A DNA stretch of 64,000 nucleotides from Nitrospirota bacterium (GCA_963710375.1 CAVPZX010000004.1:192001-256000), one strand, 5' to 3'; positions 12,314 to 20,976 are shown, counted from the first letter of the stretch. The notes: generated by a model not told the origin, from the letters alone. A program made the numbers and translations.

Positions 12314-12344
12314 ATTTATATATGATTATATGAAAACTTGTCAA
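12306..12344 (-). promoter_or_regulatory. arsR promoter with putative ArsR operator
   Basis: Minus-strand TTGACA (12344-12339) and TATAAA (12320-12315); imperfect palindrome ataaacatat-ttat-atatgattat at 12306-12329 covers the -10 and start codon. Confidence 0.6.
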
Positions 12345-12389
12345 GCAAAAAAAAATAAAGCACTGGCGATAGGCGATGGGCAAGCGGCA

Positions 12390-12419
12390 TTGACAGGACC
12401 GGAATAATCGTTTTACACT
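12390..12419 (+). promoter_or_regulatory. Sigma70-type promoter of the leader ORF/NosL-barrel unit
   Basis: TTGACA-18 nt-TACACT; GTG start follows at 12425. Confidence 0.65.
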
Positions 12420-12424
12420 CTATT

Positions 12425-12724
12425 GTGAAAATGGTAGGAACCTTCATTCTGACCGTCTTTATCGTGACAGCATTTTCAATGCTGAAACCCTCCTTTCCTG
12501 CATCCCACAGCAGTAAATATGCTTCTTTCTTCACACTTGACTTCTGCAACAAGGTCTCTTCGCCTGTACTTTCTGCCCTTGATGTTTCTACTATATGTGA
12601 AAAAAAATGTGAACTATTGGAACCGGTATTTACCGGTCCGCATGCTGTTGCCAAGCCGACATTTTATTTATACCAGTGTGTCAGTCTGATGGATCATCCT
12701 CCCGATGCTGAGTTCTTCCTGTAA
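12425..12724 (+). CDS. Small leader-type protein with signal-like N-terminus, CxxxC and C-terminal HPP (CutF/DUF2946-like architecture)
   Basis: Hydrophobic N-terminus, CEKKC, DHPP five residues before the stop; promoter immediately upstream. Confidence 0.65.
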   Translation: MKMVGTFILTVFIVTAFSMLKPSFPASHSSKYASFFTLDFCNKVSSPVLSALDVSTICEKKCELLEPVFTGPHAVAKPTFYLYQCVSLMDHPPDAEFFL

Positions 12725-12740
12725 TGCCTTAAACACTTGA

Positions 12741-12831
12741 TTCACAGAGTAGAGAATGAGAGCACTGAGACACATCAGCATTACTGATGTGCTGCAAACT
12801 CATTTGTCTAAACTCTGCGTTCATCGTGGTT
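12741..12831. repeat. Degenerate CACAGAG/CTCTGTG inverted repeat element with internal hairpin
   Basis: ttcacagag...gcactgagacac ... ctctgcgttcatcgtggtt; resembles the copy at 18228. Confidence 0.45.
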
Positions 12832-12932
12832 TAAACATTTTTACAGGAGCTACTTGTTTATATCAACGAAAGCCTCTCTGGTTTGCTATGGGTGAGCTTT
12901 GACAATGCGGTCTTTAAAAGGAGAATGTTCTT

Positions 12933-14408
12933 ATGAAGAATAATATTATGAAAAGATTCACAATGTTTCTGGTAATAGGTCTGCTGTTTACCTGCGCTTA
13001 CGCCGGCGCAGCATACGCAGGGGAGAATCCCAAGACTTGTCCGATATGCGCGATGGACTTGTCTGATGTCGCCAATAGCCGTATGACTGTCGTCTTTAGT
13101 GATGGGACCACTGTTGCGGTCTGCAGTCTGCACTGCGCAGTTTGGGAGATGAAACAAAACAAAGACAAGCAAGTTGAATCGATCATGGTCGCAGATTACG
13201 CAACAAAAAAGATGATAGATGCAAGAACTGCAACATGGGTTATCGGCGGTGATGAGATTGGTCTCATGAACGATGTGCCAAAATGGGCCTTTGCCAGTGG
13301 AGAGGATGCTCAGAATTTTGTGAAGGAACACGGCGGCAAAGTGGCTACCTACAACGAAGCGATGAAGGCTGCCGCCGATGAAGTGGCCTTGGAGGGAGGG
13401 CATATTATTCACCATCACCCCGGAGGCTCAATGGTGTTTAATCCGGCCTTTGGCGACGAGCTATACCATACTCACCCCGCCGGCATGTGGATGTTCACTT
13501 ACAAGACCATGTATATGAACATGGGCGGGCTGCGCGCCGGCACTAACAACGTCGATACACACAGTGTCGGTTATAGTAACAGTTCTATGAGCAGCGGTAT
13601 GGGTAGCGGTATGGGCAGCAGCAAGGCTTATAACTATATGATGATACCCACCTATATGGACATGTACATGCACATGTTTATGGCGATGTACGGGGTCACT
13701 GATAGCCTGACCCTGATGGGTATGGCTAACTATGAATATAATAATATGCAGATGGTGATGAATATGGGGCCGGGCATGCCTTACGTGTCCCAATCCCCTA
13801 TGCATACGGAAGGAGTCAGTGACACAGAGCTGCGCGGGCTGTACAAGATCAACAAATACCTGACCGGCAGTCTTGGTCTCAGCATTCCCACCGGCAGTAT
13901 CAAACAGACTGATGTGATGATGGGCAAAGAAGAACGGGCACCCTATGACATGCAACTTGGTTCCGGCACATGGGACCTCAAGCCTGTGCTGACATACAGC
14001 GCCCTCAGCGATAACTACAAATGGAACTGGGGTGCGCAGGCCATGTATACATATCATACAGGCACAAACAGTCAAGGCTATAGCCTCGGGGACGTCTTCA
14101 AGGTGACCAGTTGGCTGCAGCGCGTCTTCGGCCCTTCCACAACATGGTTGCGCCTTGCCTATAGCGATACGGGAAGGATCAGCGGCCAGGACTCCCAGAT
14201 CCAATTAAGCCAAATGTGGGCTCCGGCGCCTGATGGCGATCCCCGCAATTACGGGGGTCAGCGACTTGACGGTCTGATAGGAGTGAATATCGTGGCAGGC
14301 AGACTTACTTTTGGTGTCGAAGGCGGCATCCCACTCTATCAAAACCTGAACGGCCTACAATTGAAAACCCAATTTGTTATCAATACCGGTATTCAGGTAA
14401 TGTTTTAA
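12933..14408 (+). CDS. Fusion of a NosL-like domain, His-rich linker and Met-rich outer-membrane beta-barrel transporter
   Basis: Signal peptide, CPICAM, CSLHC, HIIHHHP, H.HPAG.WM, MQLGSGTWD, terminal QVMF. Confidence 0.85.
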   Translation: MKNNIMKRFTMFLVIGLLFTCAYAGAAYAGENPKTCPICAMDLSDVANSRMTVVFSDGTTVAVCSLHCAVWEMKQNKDKQVESIMVADYATKKMIDARTATWVIGGDEIGLMNDVPKWAFASGEDAQNFVKEHGGKVATYNEAMKAAADEVALEGGHIIHHHPGGSMVFNPAFGDELYHTHPAGMWMFTYKTMYMNMGGLRAGTNNVDTHSVGYSNSSMSSGMGSGMGSSKAYNYMMIPTYMDMYMHMFMAMYGVTDSLTLMGMANYEYNNMQMVMNMGPGMPYVSQSPMHTEGVSDTELRGLYKINKYLTGSLGLSIPTGSIKQTDVMMGKEERAPYDMQLGSGTWDLKPVLTYSALSDNYKWNWGAQAMYTYHTGTNSQGYSLGDVFKVTSWLQRVFGPSTTWLRLAYSDTGRISGQDSQIQLSQMWAPAPDGDPRNYGGQRLDGLIGVNIVAGRLTFGVEGGIPLYQNLNGLQLKTQFVINTGIQVMF

Positions 14409-14501
14409 GTTTACATCTGTTGCAGGATGTGATCGATTACAGTGACCGGCCACGAGGTTGCATGGTGAGAGAGACCTCGTGGCTTTCACTGTTCAGATCC
14501 C

Positions 14502-15503
14502 TTAATACCCTTCGAGCTTGAAGGGCGTGAAAACCATCTTGAACGTCACCATTGCGGTAAAGATCAGGAAGCACACAAGCGCAAATATAATAAGCCTTTT
14601 CTGTATAACCGGGATTATTTCCATCAGGCTGGCCACCTTCCTGAACGGCATCAGCACGCCCGTGCCCATGCCCGCAACGGTCCCCACGAAAAGACACAAA
14701 TACAGCGGATAACCGACGTAGTAGTATTCCTTGTGAAGTATATTGAACGGGCAGTGAAGGGACGGAAGCGCATAGTAATAGAGCGAGAAGAAGGATATTA
14801 TGGAGATTATGGCCATAACAAACGATATGCCGCAGAGGGAGGAAAATACGTAGCCTCCCCTGTCCTTGAGGTAAAAATATAATCCTGATGCAAGGGTCAA
14901 CGCCATTATCGTATAAAACGCGATCTTTCCGGGAATGCTGGGCACCGAGGCCAAATCCGAGGCAACGCCGGTTGAATTGCTGGTGAAGAGGGTGCTGCAG
15001 CACGAGGTAATGACGTCGGGCTTCAGCCCCAGGAAATATTTTGTCTGCAAAAAGGTCTCGGCAACTACTAACGGCGCTATAAAAATAAGCAACTTGTACT
15101 TGCTTTTGATAAGCGGATAGTCGTAGGCCCTGTTATCGGTATGGTTAAGTACGAGCCAGAGCCCGGCGGCTATGAAATTGAATACCTTTAGTATCAGCGT
15201 GGGATAGCCGTAGGAATTAACAGTCAGCGTACCCGAAGCGCACATGGCCCCGACAAAGAGGGGGTGGAGGAGGTCCGCAGTATAAACGTAAAGGAAGAGT
15301 GAAATGAGCTGGAAGCCGAAAACATAGGTGAGGATGGTGGAGATAAGGTAGGTCCTCCTTTCGAGGTCCAGTTGCAGTTCGCTGCCGCTCTTTATGTCCC
15401 ACTTCCTCAATATCAGTATGGCATAATAGGACGAGTAAAGAAGAAGCACGCTCATAAGGACTGAAGATAGAAAGAGGGCGATGATCGAGGGATGCAAGAT
15501 CAT
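14502..15503 (-). CDS. Polytopic membrane protein with MCASG, SCC and HCPF motifs
   Basis: Multiple hydrophobic helices; translationally coupled to the ABC ATPase. Confidence 0.85.
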   Translation of the reverse strand: MILHPSIIALFLSSVLMSVLLLYSSYYAILILRKWDIKSGSELQLDLERRTYLISTILTYVFGFQLISLFLYVYTADLLHPLFVGAMCASGTLTVNSYGYPTLILKVFNFIAAGLWLVLNHTDNRAYDYPLIKSKYKLLIFIAPLVVAETFLQTKYFLGLKPDVITSCCSTLFTSNSTGVASDLASVPSIPGKIAFYTIMALTLASGLYFYLKDRGGYVFSSLCGISFVMAIISIISFFSLYYYALPSLHCPFNILHKEYYYVGYPLYLCLFVGTVAGMGTGVLMPFRKVASLMEIIPVIQKRLIIFALVCFLIFTAMVTFKMVFTPFKLEGY

Positions 15504-16228
15504 GGCTGTTGATGCCCCCTGCTTAGCCTTCCGTCCCTCATCTCCACTATCCGGTCTATGATGGTGGAATCGAAGACAATGGGGTCATGACTGGCAATGA
15601 TAACCGTTTTACCATCCCCCTTCAAACTTTCCAAGATCCCCATGAACTCACCGGATAGTTTGGTGTCCAGGTGAGCGGTAGGCTCATCGGCAATTATTAC
15701 TGCCGGGTCGTTTATAAGTGCCCTGGCTATGCCCACACGCTGCGCCTCCCCGCCGGATAGCCATTCCACCTTTGAAAACAGCTTGCCGGAGAGGTTTAAA
15801 TCGCTTAAAATCCTTGAGGCACGTTCCCTGAGCAGCTTAAAGTCCTCTCCAATCGGATAGGCCGGCAGCATGACATTTTCGAGGACTGTTATGCCCTTGA
15901 TGAGGTTAAACTGCTGGAATATGAAGCCGAAGGCCCGCCTCCTTATCCCGGTGAGGAACCTCTCAGGCAGGCTGGTAACTTCCGCAGCCGCACCTTCGAC
16001 GGCAAGAGTCACGCGCCGCGTCAGTGAACCCGTCAGTTGTATCCTTCCTGAAGTGGGCCTCGCCATACAACCTATAATGCTCAGCAAAGTGGTCTTGCCC
16101 GACCCGCTCGGCCCCTTGAGCACCGTTATCTTGTGAGAATCAATAGACAGTGTTATCCCGTTAACCGCAGTAAACTCGTTAGGCCTGCCGCTGTTAAAGA
16201 CCTTCCTTATGTCTGAAAGCTCTATCAC
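15500..16228 (-). CDS. ABC transporter ATP-binding protein (LolD/MacB-like)
   Basis: GPSGSGKTT, FQQFNLI, LSGGEAQR, ADEPT. Confidence 0.95.
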   Translation of the reverse strand: MIELSDIRKVFNSGRPNEFTAVNGITLSIDSHKITVLKGPSGSGKTTLLSIIGCMARPTSGRIQLTGSLTRRVTLAVEGAAAEVTSLPERFLTGIRRRAFGFIFQQFNLIKGITVLENVMLPAYPIGEDFKLLRERASRILSDLNLSGKLFSKVEWLSGGEAQRVGIARALINDPAVIIADEPTAHLDTKLSGEFMGILESLKGDGKTVIIASHDPIVFDSTIIDRIVEMRDGRLSRGHQQP

Positions 16229-17352
16229 CTCATTACCGAATCCGGATCAACGGATGCGGCCCTCCATGACGGAACAATGGTCGCAACAGTGTAGGGCAGG
16301 ACCGACAGGAAAAAAAGGGTTATCACCTGTGTCTCGTCTATAAATGGGGTAAGCCTGAAGTTGGGGTAAAGAACGGACCATCCTTTAAGCACCGGCTCGA
16401 AAAGTGTTGAAGAGGTGAAGAACACATGGAAATAAGCCAGTATTATTCCGGCAAGGAAAGATGAAAGGGAAATGACCGTCCCCTCCCAGAATTTCATCAG
16501 TATCACATCGGATGTCTCCCAGCCGATGGCCTTCAGAATGCCTATCTCCCTCTTCTCCTCAGCGCTTAGGCCTGACGCCTTGTCCCATGCAAATATGATA
16601 AACGCCAGTCCCGCGCCCGCCATTATCACAAGCAGCAGGCCGCTTCGCCAGTTGAAGATAGAATTGTAGGTCCTCAGTATATCATCCCTGATTATAGGTC
16701 TTGTGTCAGGGTAAAGGTCCTTTATCTTTTGGGCAATGGTGGCAAACTCCCTGGAATTACGTACATGAAGAGTAATGTCGGTGAAGTACCCCTTCGAGAT
16801 TTCAAACACCCTTCTGAAGTCCTCTTCGGAAATCAGTATCAGGTCGGAGGATACTAACTCGGATTCAGACGACAGCGCACCCTTTATCCTCAGGACAACC
16901 GAGTCCCCATTGTAGCTTTTCAGCGAAAGGATGTCACCTTCGGATGCCCTCATGCTCCTGAGAATACCTTTGCCGACCTCGATTTGGCCCTTATCAGCGC
17001 CGCCTTCCGGCACTAATAGGGTAAAATTGGCCCGGGCTGCGGGTTCGAAGTAATACCCCCAAAGCCTTCCACTCGCAGATTGCACTCCTCTTATTTTTTT
17101 TATACCTTCAATATATCCCGCAGGCACCAACTCTTGCCTGCCGGCTACCAACCGTTGAACAGTAATGTCAGGAGAGTCCCGCAGTATTAAGGATGCCTCC
17201 TTCTTTATTGCTTCGGCAAAAAACATGACGGACGCCATCACGAAGACAACCAGCGTATATACAATCATCAGGGCTATGTTCTTGGTTTTTCTCCTCAGTA
17301 GTGAGGAGAGTGTGAAGTCGATGATGTTCCGCTGCCTTTCGAGCCATCTCAT
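16225..17352 (-). CDS. FtsX/MacB-like ABC permease
   Basis: REIGILKAIGW, PSWRAASVDP. Confidence 0.93.
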   Translation of the reverse strand: MRWLERQRNIIDFTLSSLLRRKTKNIALMIVYTLVVFVMASVMFFAEAIKKEASLILRDSPDITVQRLVAGRQELVPAGYIEGIKKIRGVQSASGRLWGYYFEPAARANFTLLVPEGGADKGQIEVGKGILRSMRASEGDILSLKSYNGDSVVLRIKGALSSESELVSSDLILISEEDFRRVFEISKGYFTDITLHVRNSREFATIAQKIKDLYPDTRPIIRDDILRTYNSIFNWRSGLLLVIMAGAGLAFIIFAWDKASGLSAEEKREIGILKAIGWETSDVILMKFWEGTVISLSSFLAGIILAYFHVFFTSSTLFEPVLKGWSVLYPNFRLTPFIDETQVITLFFLSVLPYTVATIVPSWRAASVDPDSVMR

Positions 17353-17371
17353 ATTCTATGCCCCTCCCACT

Positions 17372-17677
17372 TCATAAACGGTCTCCCTTCATTCTCAACT
17401 GGGCCGGCGGTTCCACAATGGAGCCCGATGGAAAGTGTTCAAGGGACATCGGGTGGTCCTCAAAAGGTGTATTAAAATCGGTTTGTGAAAGGTGCCTCGT
17501 ATACCTTGCCTCGGTAAAGAGACAAAGGTCCGTAAGCTGCAGCTTTTTCACCATTTCCGCTTTTAAGCCAAGCCCGGGAGCGGCAGCCTTTACGGCAAGA
17601 AGCGCATGGATGGACAATAAGAATGCCAACGCAAGGTTCACCGCAAGATAGATGAAGTATATACTAGATTTTCTCAT
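17372..17677 (-). CDS. Small membrane-anchored hypothetical protein
   Basis: One hydrophobic helix then LTDLCLFTEARYTRH...DHP..LEHFPSGS; in-operon position. Confidence 0.75.
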   Translation of the reverse strand: MRKSSIYFIYLAVNLALAFLLSIHALLAVKAAAPGLGLKAEMVKKLQLTDLCLFTEARYTRHLSQTDFNTPFEDHPMSLEHFPSGSIVEPPAQLRMKGDRL

Positions 17678-17730
17678 TCGCTCCATGCCATGAAATAAAC
17701 TAATGTTCCAACTGACTGCCACATTAAGGG

Positions 17731-18204
17731 CTATTTAATCGCTTTCATGACCTCTTCAGTTACATCCCCGAATCTCAATATCTTTCCCTTGTGATCATAC
17801 TGGAATGCCGAAGCGTCTTCCTCTGAACGGAACGGTATCAGCTCCCTGCCCATCGGACCGGTGACATTGCTGCCAACGACGTAATATGCCTTGCGGCCGT
17901 CAATAATTTTAAGGTCGTAGTATTCATGCACATATATGGAATCAATGTCATTGATGCTTTTTGAAGGATTGTACTCCTTCATATTCAGGTAATACCTGAA
18001 CATGTCCTTGCAGCCATCGAAGACCGCATATGTGCCGTCCTTGAAAATTATCTCAGCGATGATATCAGGGTACCTTGCTACGAACATGCCGCAAACCGGG
18101 CATTTGTCATTTTTTGCAGGCGTAACCGGCTTTCTTTCAGCAGCAGCCGGAGAAGAAACCAAAACAACAAGACATATGATTGCAAGCATGCGCCTGAAAA
18201 ACAT
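17731..18204 (-). CDS. NosL family (copper chaperone-like) exported protein, copy 2
   Basis: Signal peptide, CPVCGM, FDGCKDMF, GS.V.GPMG.ELIPF. Confidence 0.92.
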   Translation of the reverse strand: MFFRRMLAIICLVVLVSSPAAAERKPVTPAKNDKCPVCGMFVARYPDIIAEIIFKDGTYAVFDGCKDMFRYYLNMKEYNPSKSINDIDSIYVHEYYDLKIIDGRKAYYVVGSNVTGPMGRELIPFRSEEDASAFQYDHKGKILRFGDVTEEVMKAIK

Positions 18205-18227
18205 GACATCTCTCCCTAACAAAAATT

Positions 18228-18330
18228 AACCACGGAGGCACTGAGACACAGAGTTATACATGAGCAAAAAGAAAAAACCCTTTTTTTTATCGGCTGTTAT
18301 CTTTCTCTGTGCCTCTGTGTCTCTGTGGTT
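18228..18330. repeat. Octamer (CACAGAG-type) inverted tandem-repeat element
   Basis: aaccacggag gcactgag acacagag ... ctctgtgc ctctgtgt ctctgtggtt. Confidence 0.85.
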
Positions 18331-18351
18331 TCGCAGCTTTATCTTCTTTTT

Positions 18352-18387
18352 TCATTTTTCCAGCTGTTCCAGCACGATCTACTCAAA
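18352..18387 (-). pseudogene. Remnant of the tlpA 3' end between the two nosL copies
   Basis: Reads FE*IVLEQLEK*, against the TlpA C-terminus FEEFVREQLKRT*; 26 of 31 nt identical by hand alignment. Confidence 0.6.
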
Positions 18388-18395
18388 ATGAAGGT

Positions 18396-18869
18396 CTATT
18401 CAAGTGTCTTCAAGACCGCTTCAGTTACATCCCTGAATCTCAATATCTTTCCCTTGTGGTCTTTTTTGAACGCAGAAGCGTCTGCCTCTTTAAGGAACGG
18501 TATCAGTTCCTTGCCCATCGGACCGTAGACATCGCTGCCCATGACATAATAAGCCTGGCGGCCGTCAATATAGGTAAGGCTGTAGTATTCATGCACATAT
18601 ATGGAATCAATATCCTTGATGTTTTTTGAAGGATTGTACTTCTTCATATTCAGGTAGTACCTGAACATGTCCTTGGGGCCATCGAAGGCCGCATATGTGC
18701 CGTCCTTGAAAATTATCTCCGAGAGCATCTCAGGGTAACCCGCTATGAACATGCCGCATACCGGGCATCTGTCATCTTCCGTAGGCGTAACCGGCTTCCT
18801 TTCGGCGGCTGCGGGAGACGCAGCTAAAACGACAAGACATATTATTGGAACCAGGCGTCTGAAAAACAT
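18396..18869 (-). CDS. NosL family exported protein, copy 1
   Basis: CPVCGM, FDGPKDMF, GSDVYGPMGKELIPF; close paralog of 17731-18204; AGGAGG SD. Confidence 0.92.
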   Translation of the reverse strand: MFFRRLVPIICLVVLAASPAAAERKPVTPTEDDRCPVCGMFIAGYPEMLSEIIFKDGTYAAFDGPKDMFRYYLNMKKYNPSKNIKDIDSIYVHEYYSLTYIDGRQAYYVMGSDVYGPMGKELIPFLKEADASAFKKDHKGKILRFRDVTEAVLKTLE

Positions 18870-18889
18870 AATGTCCCTCCTTTTAAAGA

Positions 18890-18998
18890 ACGTGAACCGT
18901 GAAACGTGAATCGTGAATCGTAACAACCGTGAATCGTGAAAACAGGAAAATTTTTCTTAAAAATCTTTTACTTTTCGTTTCACGATTCACGATTCACG
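18890..18998. repeat. Heptamer (CGTGAAT/ATTCACG) inverted tandem-repeat element
   Basis: About 6 cgtgaa(t) units, AT-rich spacer, then ttcacg attcacg attcacg; supplies the tlpA stop codon. Confidence 0.85.
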
Positions 18999-19548
18999 TT
19001 CTTTTCAGTTGTTCCCGCACGAACTCCTCAAATACCGTCTGGCCGGCTTCACCCAGTATCTTCTGCCTTATGATACCGTCCCCGTCAATTATAAAAGTTA
19101 TAGGCAACCCGGTAACGCCAAAGCGCTTTGTGACCACTGCGCCAGGGTCGAGGAGCACTGGATATGTGATTGTAATACCGTTTACGAACTTCACCACAGG
19201 GGCTTTTTCCTGTCCTATATTGATGGCAAGAATGACCAGCCCCTTGTCCTTGTATTTATCGTATACCTTTTCTATTACTGGCATCTCCTCGGCGCAGGAC
19301 TTGCACCAGTCGGCCCAAAAACGTATGGCGACTACTTTGCCCTTCAGGTCTTCGGGGAATCTCCATGTCTTTCCGTTAATATCCGATAGTGAAAAGGCCG
19401 GGGCAGTCTGGCCGGTACTCAGGATGACCTTTTGGTCGGAACAACCGCAAAACAAACCTACGAGCAGGACAAAAAAAACGGCAAGAAACAAAGTTTGCAA
19501 ATATCCCCTGAAACTTCCCCGAACCATCTCGCCTGTTTTTTTGAACAT
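18994..19548 (-). CDS. TlpA/ResA family thioredoxin-like lipoprotein
   Basis: FWADWCKSC, APAFSL, GLPITFIID, lipobox-like FCGC. Confidence 0.93.
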   Translation of the reverse strand: MFKKTGEMVRGSFRGYLQTLFLAVFFVLLVGLFCGCSDQKVILSTGQTAPAFSLSDINGKTWRFPEDLKGKVVAIRFWADWCKSCAEEMPVIEKVYDKYKDKGLVILAINIGQEKAPVVKFVNGITITYPVLLDPGAVVTKRFGVTGLPITFIIDGDGIIRQKILGEAGQTVFEEFVREQLKRT

Positions 19549-19637
19549 ACTATCCCCTGCCGCTGTCGTTCATATTTTCCGTCCAGAAGGCCATAAAAAA
19601 CCCTTTATTATTATGACATAAACAATTGGCATTTATT

Positions 19638-19825
19638 CAAATTTTTGGTAGTGGGCCAGTTTGTTTTTGCTCTGTATCACCTGGGTTATCAATAGTGGGC
19701 GAGTAACGCCGAGCCCACATATATAGAAGTGGCAACCACAGGTAATTCTCTTTACAGGCCAGTGATTGAATTGAACGGCTAATTGATACAGAGCAAAAAC
19801 AAACTGGCCCACTACCAAAAATTTG
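19638..19825. mobile_element. MITE-like element with perfect 42-bp inverted repeats
   Basis: 19638-19679 is the exact reverse complement of 19784-19825; 104-bp core; no transposase. Confidence 0.7.
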
Positions 19826-19843
19826 GGGATGGGTCAGTACCTG

Positions 19844-19872
19844 TTCACTTTGCCTATCCACTATGTTATGCT
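19844..19872 (+). promoter_or_regulatory. Putative extended -10 promoter for a leaderless transcript
   Basis: TTCACT-17 nt-TATGCT with TG extension; ATG at 19879 has no SD. Confidence 0.45.
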
Positions 19873-19878
19873 TTTTGC

Positions 19879-20265
19879 ATGCCGGTATTTGTTATCCATG
19901 AACACCACGCTAGGCATCTGCATTACGATTTCAGGCTTGAGATGGATGGCGTGCTCAAATCATGGGCGGTGCCCAAAGGGCCTTCAATGAATCCTGCCGA
20001 CAAGCGGCTCGCCATCATGGTCGAGGACCACCCGCTCCATTATGGCTCTTTTGAAGGTACAATACCGGAAGGACTTTACGGGGCCGGAACCGTTGCCATT
20101 TGGGACCATGGAACGTATACCTTGGTTAACGGAGATTTAGCTCAGGGCAAAATAGAACTGCAGCTGGAAGGGGAAAAACTCAGGGGCGTTTTTGTCCTGA
20201 CAAGGATGAAAGGGAAGGACAAGGAGTGGCTGCTGATAAAGAAAAGGGACGCATACGCCCTGTAA
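19879..20265 (+). CDS. Stand-alone LigD 3'-phosphoesterase domain protein
   Basis: [53 protein letters not shown]. Confidence 0.93.
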   Translation: MPVFVIHEHHARHLHYDFRLEMDGVLKSWAVPKGPSMNPADKRLAIMVEDHPLHYGSFEGTIPEGLYGAGTVAIWDHGTYTLVNGDLAQGKIELQLEGEKLRGVFVLTRMKGKDKEWLLIKKRDAYAL

Positions 20266-20286
20266 TGAGGAAAGAGTCCCGGTACT

Positions 20287-20976
20287 TTATACCGGATTAA
20301 ATCTGTAGCCCGTACCCCATAGTGTCTCGATGTATTCAGGGTTCGACGGATCTTTTTCGATTTTTTTGCGTATCTTTTGGATATGTACAGCCACAGTTGC
20401 TGTATCGCCGTAATAGTCATCGCCCCATATAGTATTAAATATATGTTCCTTGCTGAAAACGATATTCGGATTCGAAGCCAGGAACACCAGAAGCTCGTAT
20501 TCCTTTGCTGTCAACTGAACTTCCTGTCCACTCACAAGGACCTTGTGCGATGCCGTATTGATTTCCAGGCCCTTGTGCTGAATAACTTCGGATTTGGCCG
20601 TATGACCTTTCAGCCGATTGTATCTCGTTATATGGGCTTTTATCCTGGCAGCAAGTTCGGCAGGGCTGAAGGGTTTTGTCAGATAATCATCAGCGCCGAA
20701 GTCCAGACCCCTGATCTTATCGATATCCTCGTTCTTGGCCGATACCACAATTATGGGGATTTCCATGCTTCTCCTGATCTCCTTGATAATTGCGAATCCA
20801 TCCTTATGCGGCAGCATTAAATCAACGACAACAACATCATACATGCCCGAGACAGCCTTCTTCAGGCCTTGCAGTCCATCCTGAACAATTTCCGCCTTAT
20901 AGCCGTTTAATTGCAGATAATCGCGCTCCAGTTCGGCAATATCCAGGTCGTCTTCAATAATCAGGACGCGCTTCAT
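20287..20976 (-). CDS. OmpR-family response regulator
   Basis: LIIEDD, DLMLP, GADDYLTKPF, winged-helix with TLWGTGYRF. Confidence 0.96.
   Translation of the reverse strand: MKRVLIIEDDLDIAELERDYLQLNGYKAEIVQDGLQGLKKAVSGMYDVVVVDLMLPHKDGFAIIKEIRRSMEIPIIVVSAKNEDIDKIRGLDFGADDYLTKPFSPAELAARIKAHITRYNRLKGHTAKSEVIQHKGLEINTASHKVLVSGQEVQLTAKEYELLVFLASNPNIVFSKEHIFNTIWGDDYYGDTATVAVHIQKIRKKIEKDPSNPEYIETLWGTGYRFNPV

Noticed and set aside
13590..13620. 12-bp tandem repeat encoding SGMG-SGMG
   Set aside because: A simple low-complexity loop expansion in the Met-rich barrel, not a separate element.
19633..19878. ORFs 19633-19818, 19637-19861 and the N-terminal extension of 19783-20265
   Set aside because: They are translations of the inverted-repeat element; LigD-PE similarity begins at the ATG at 19879.
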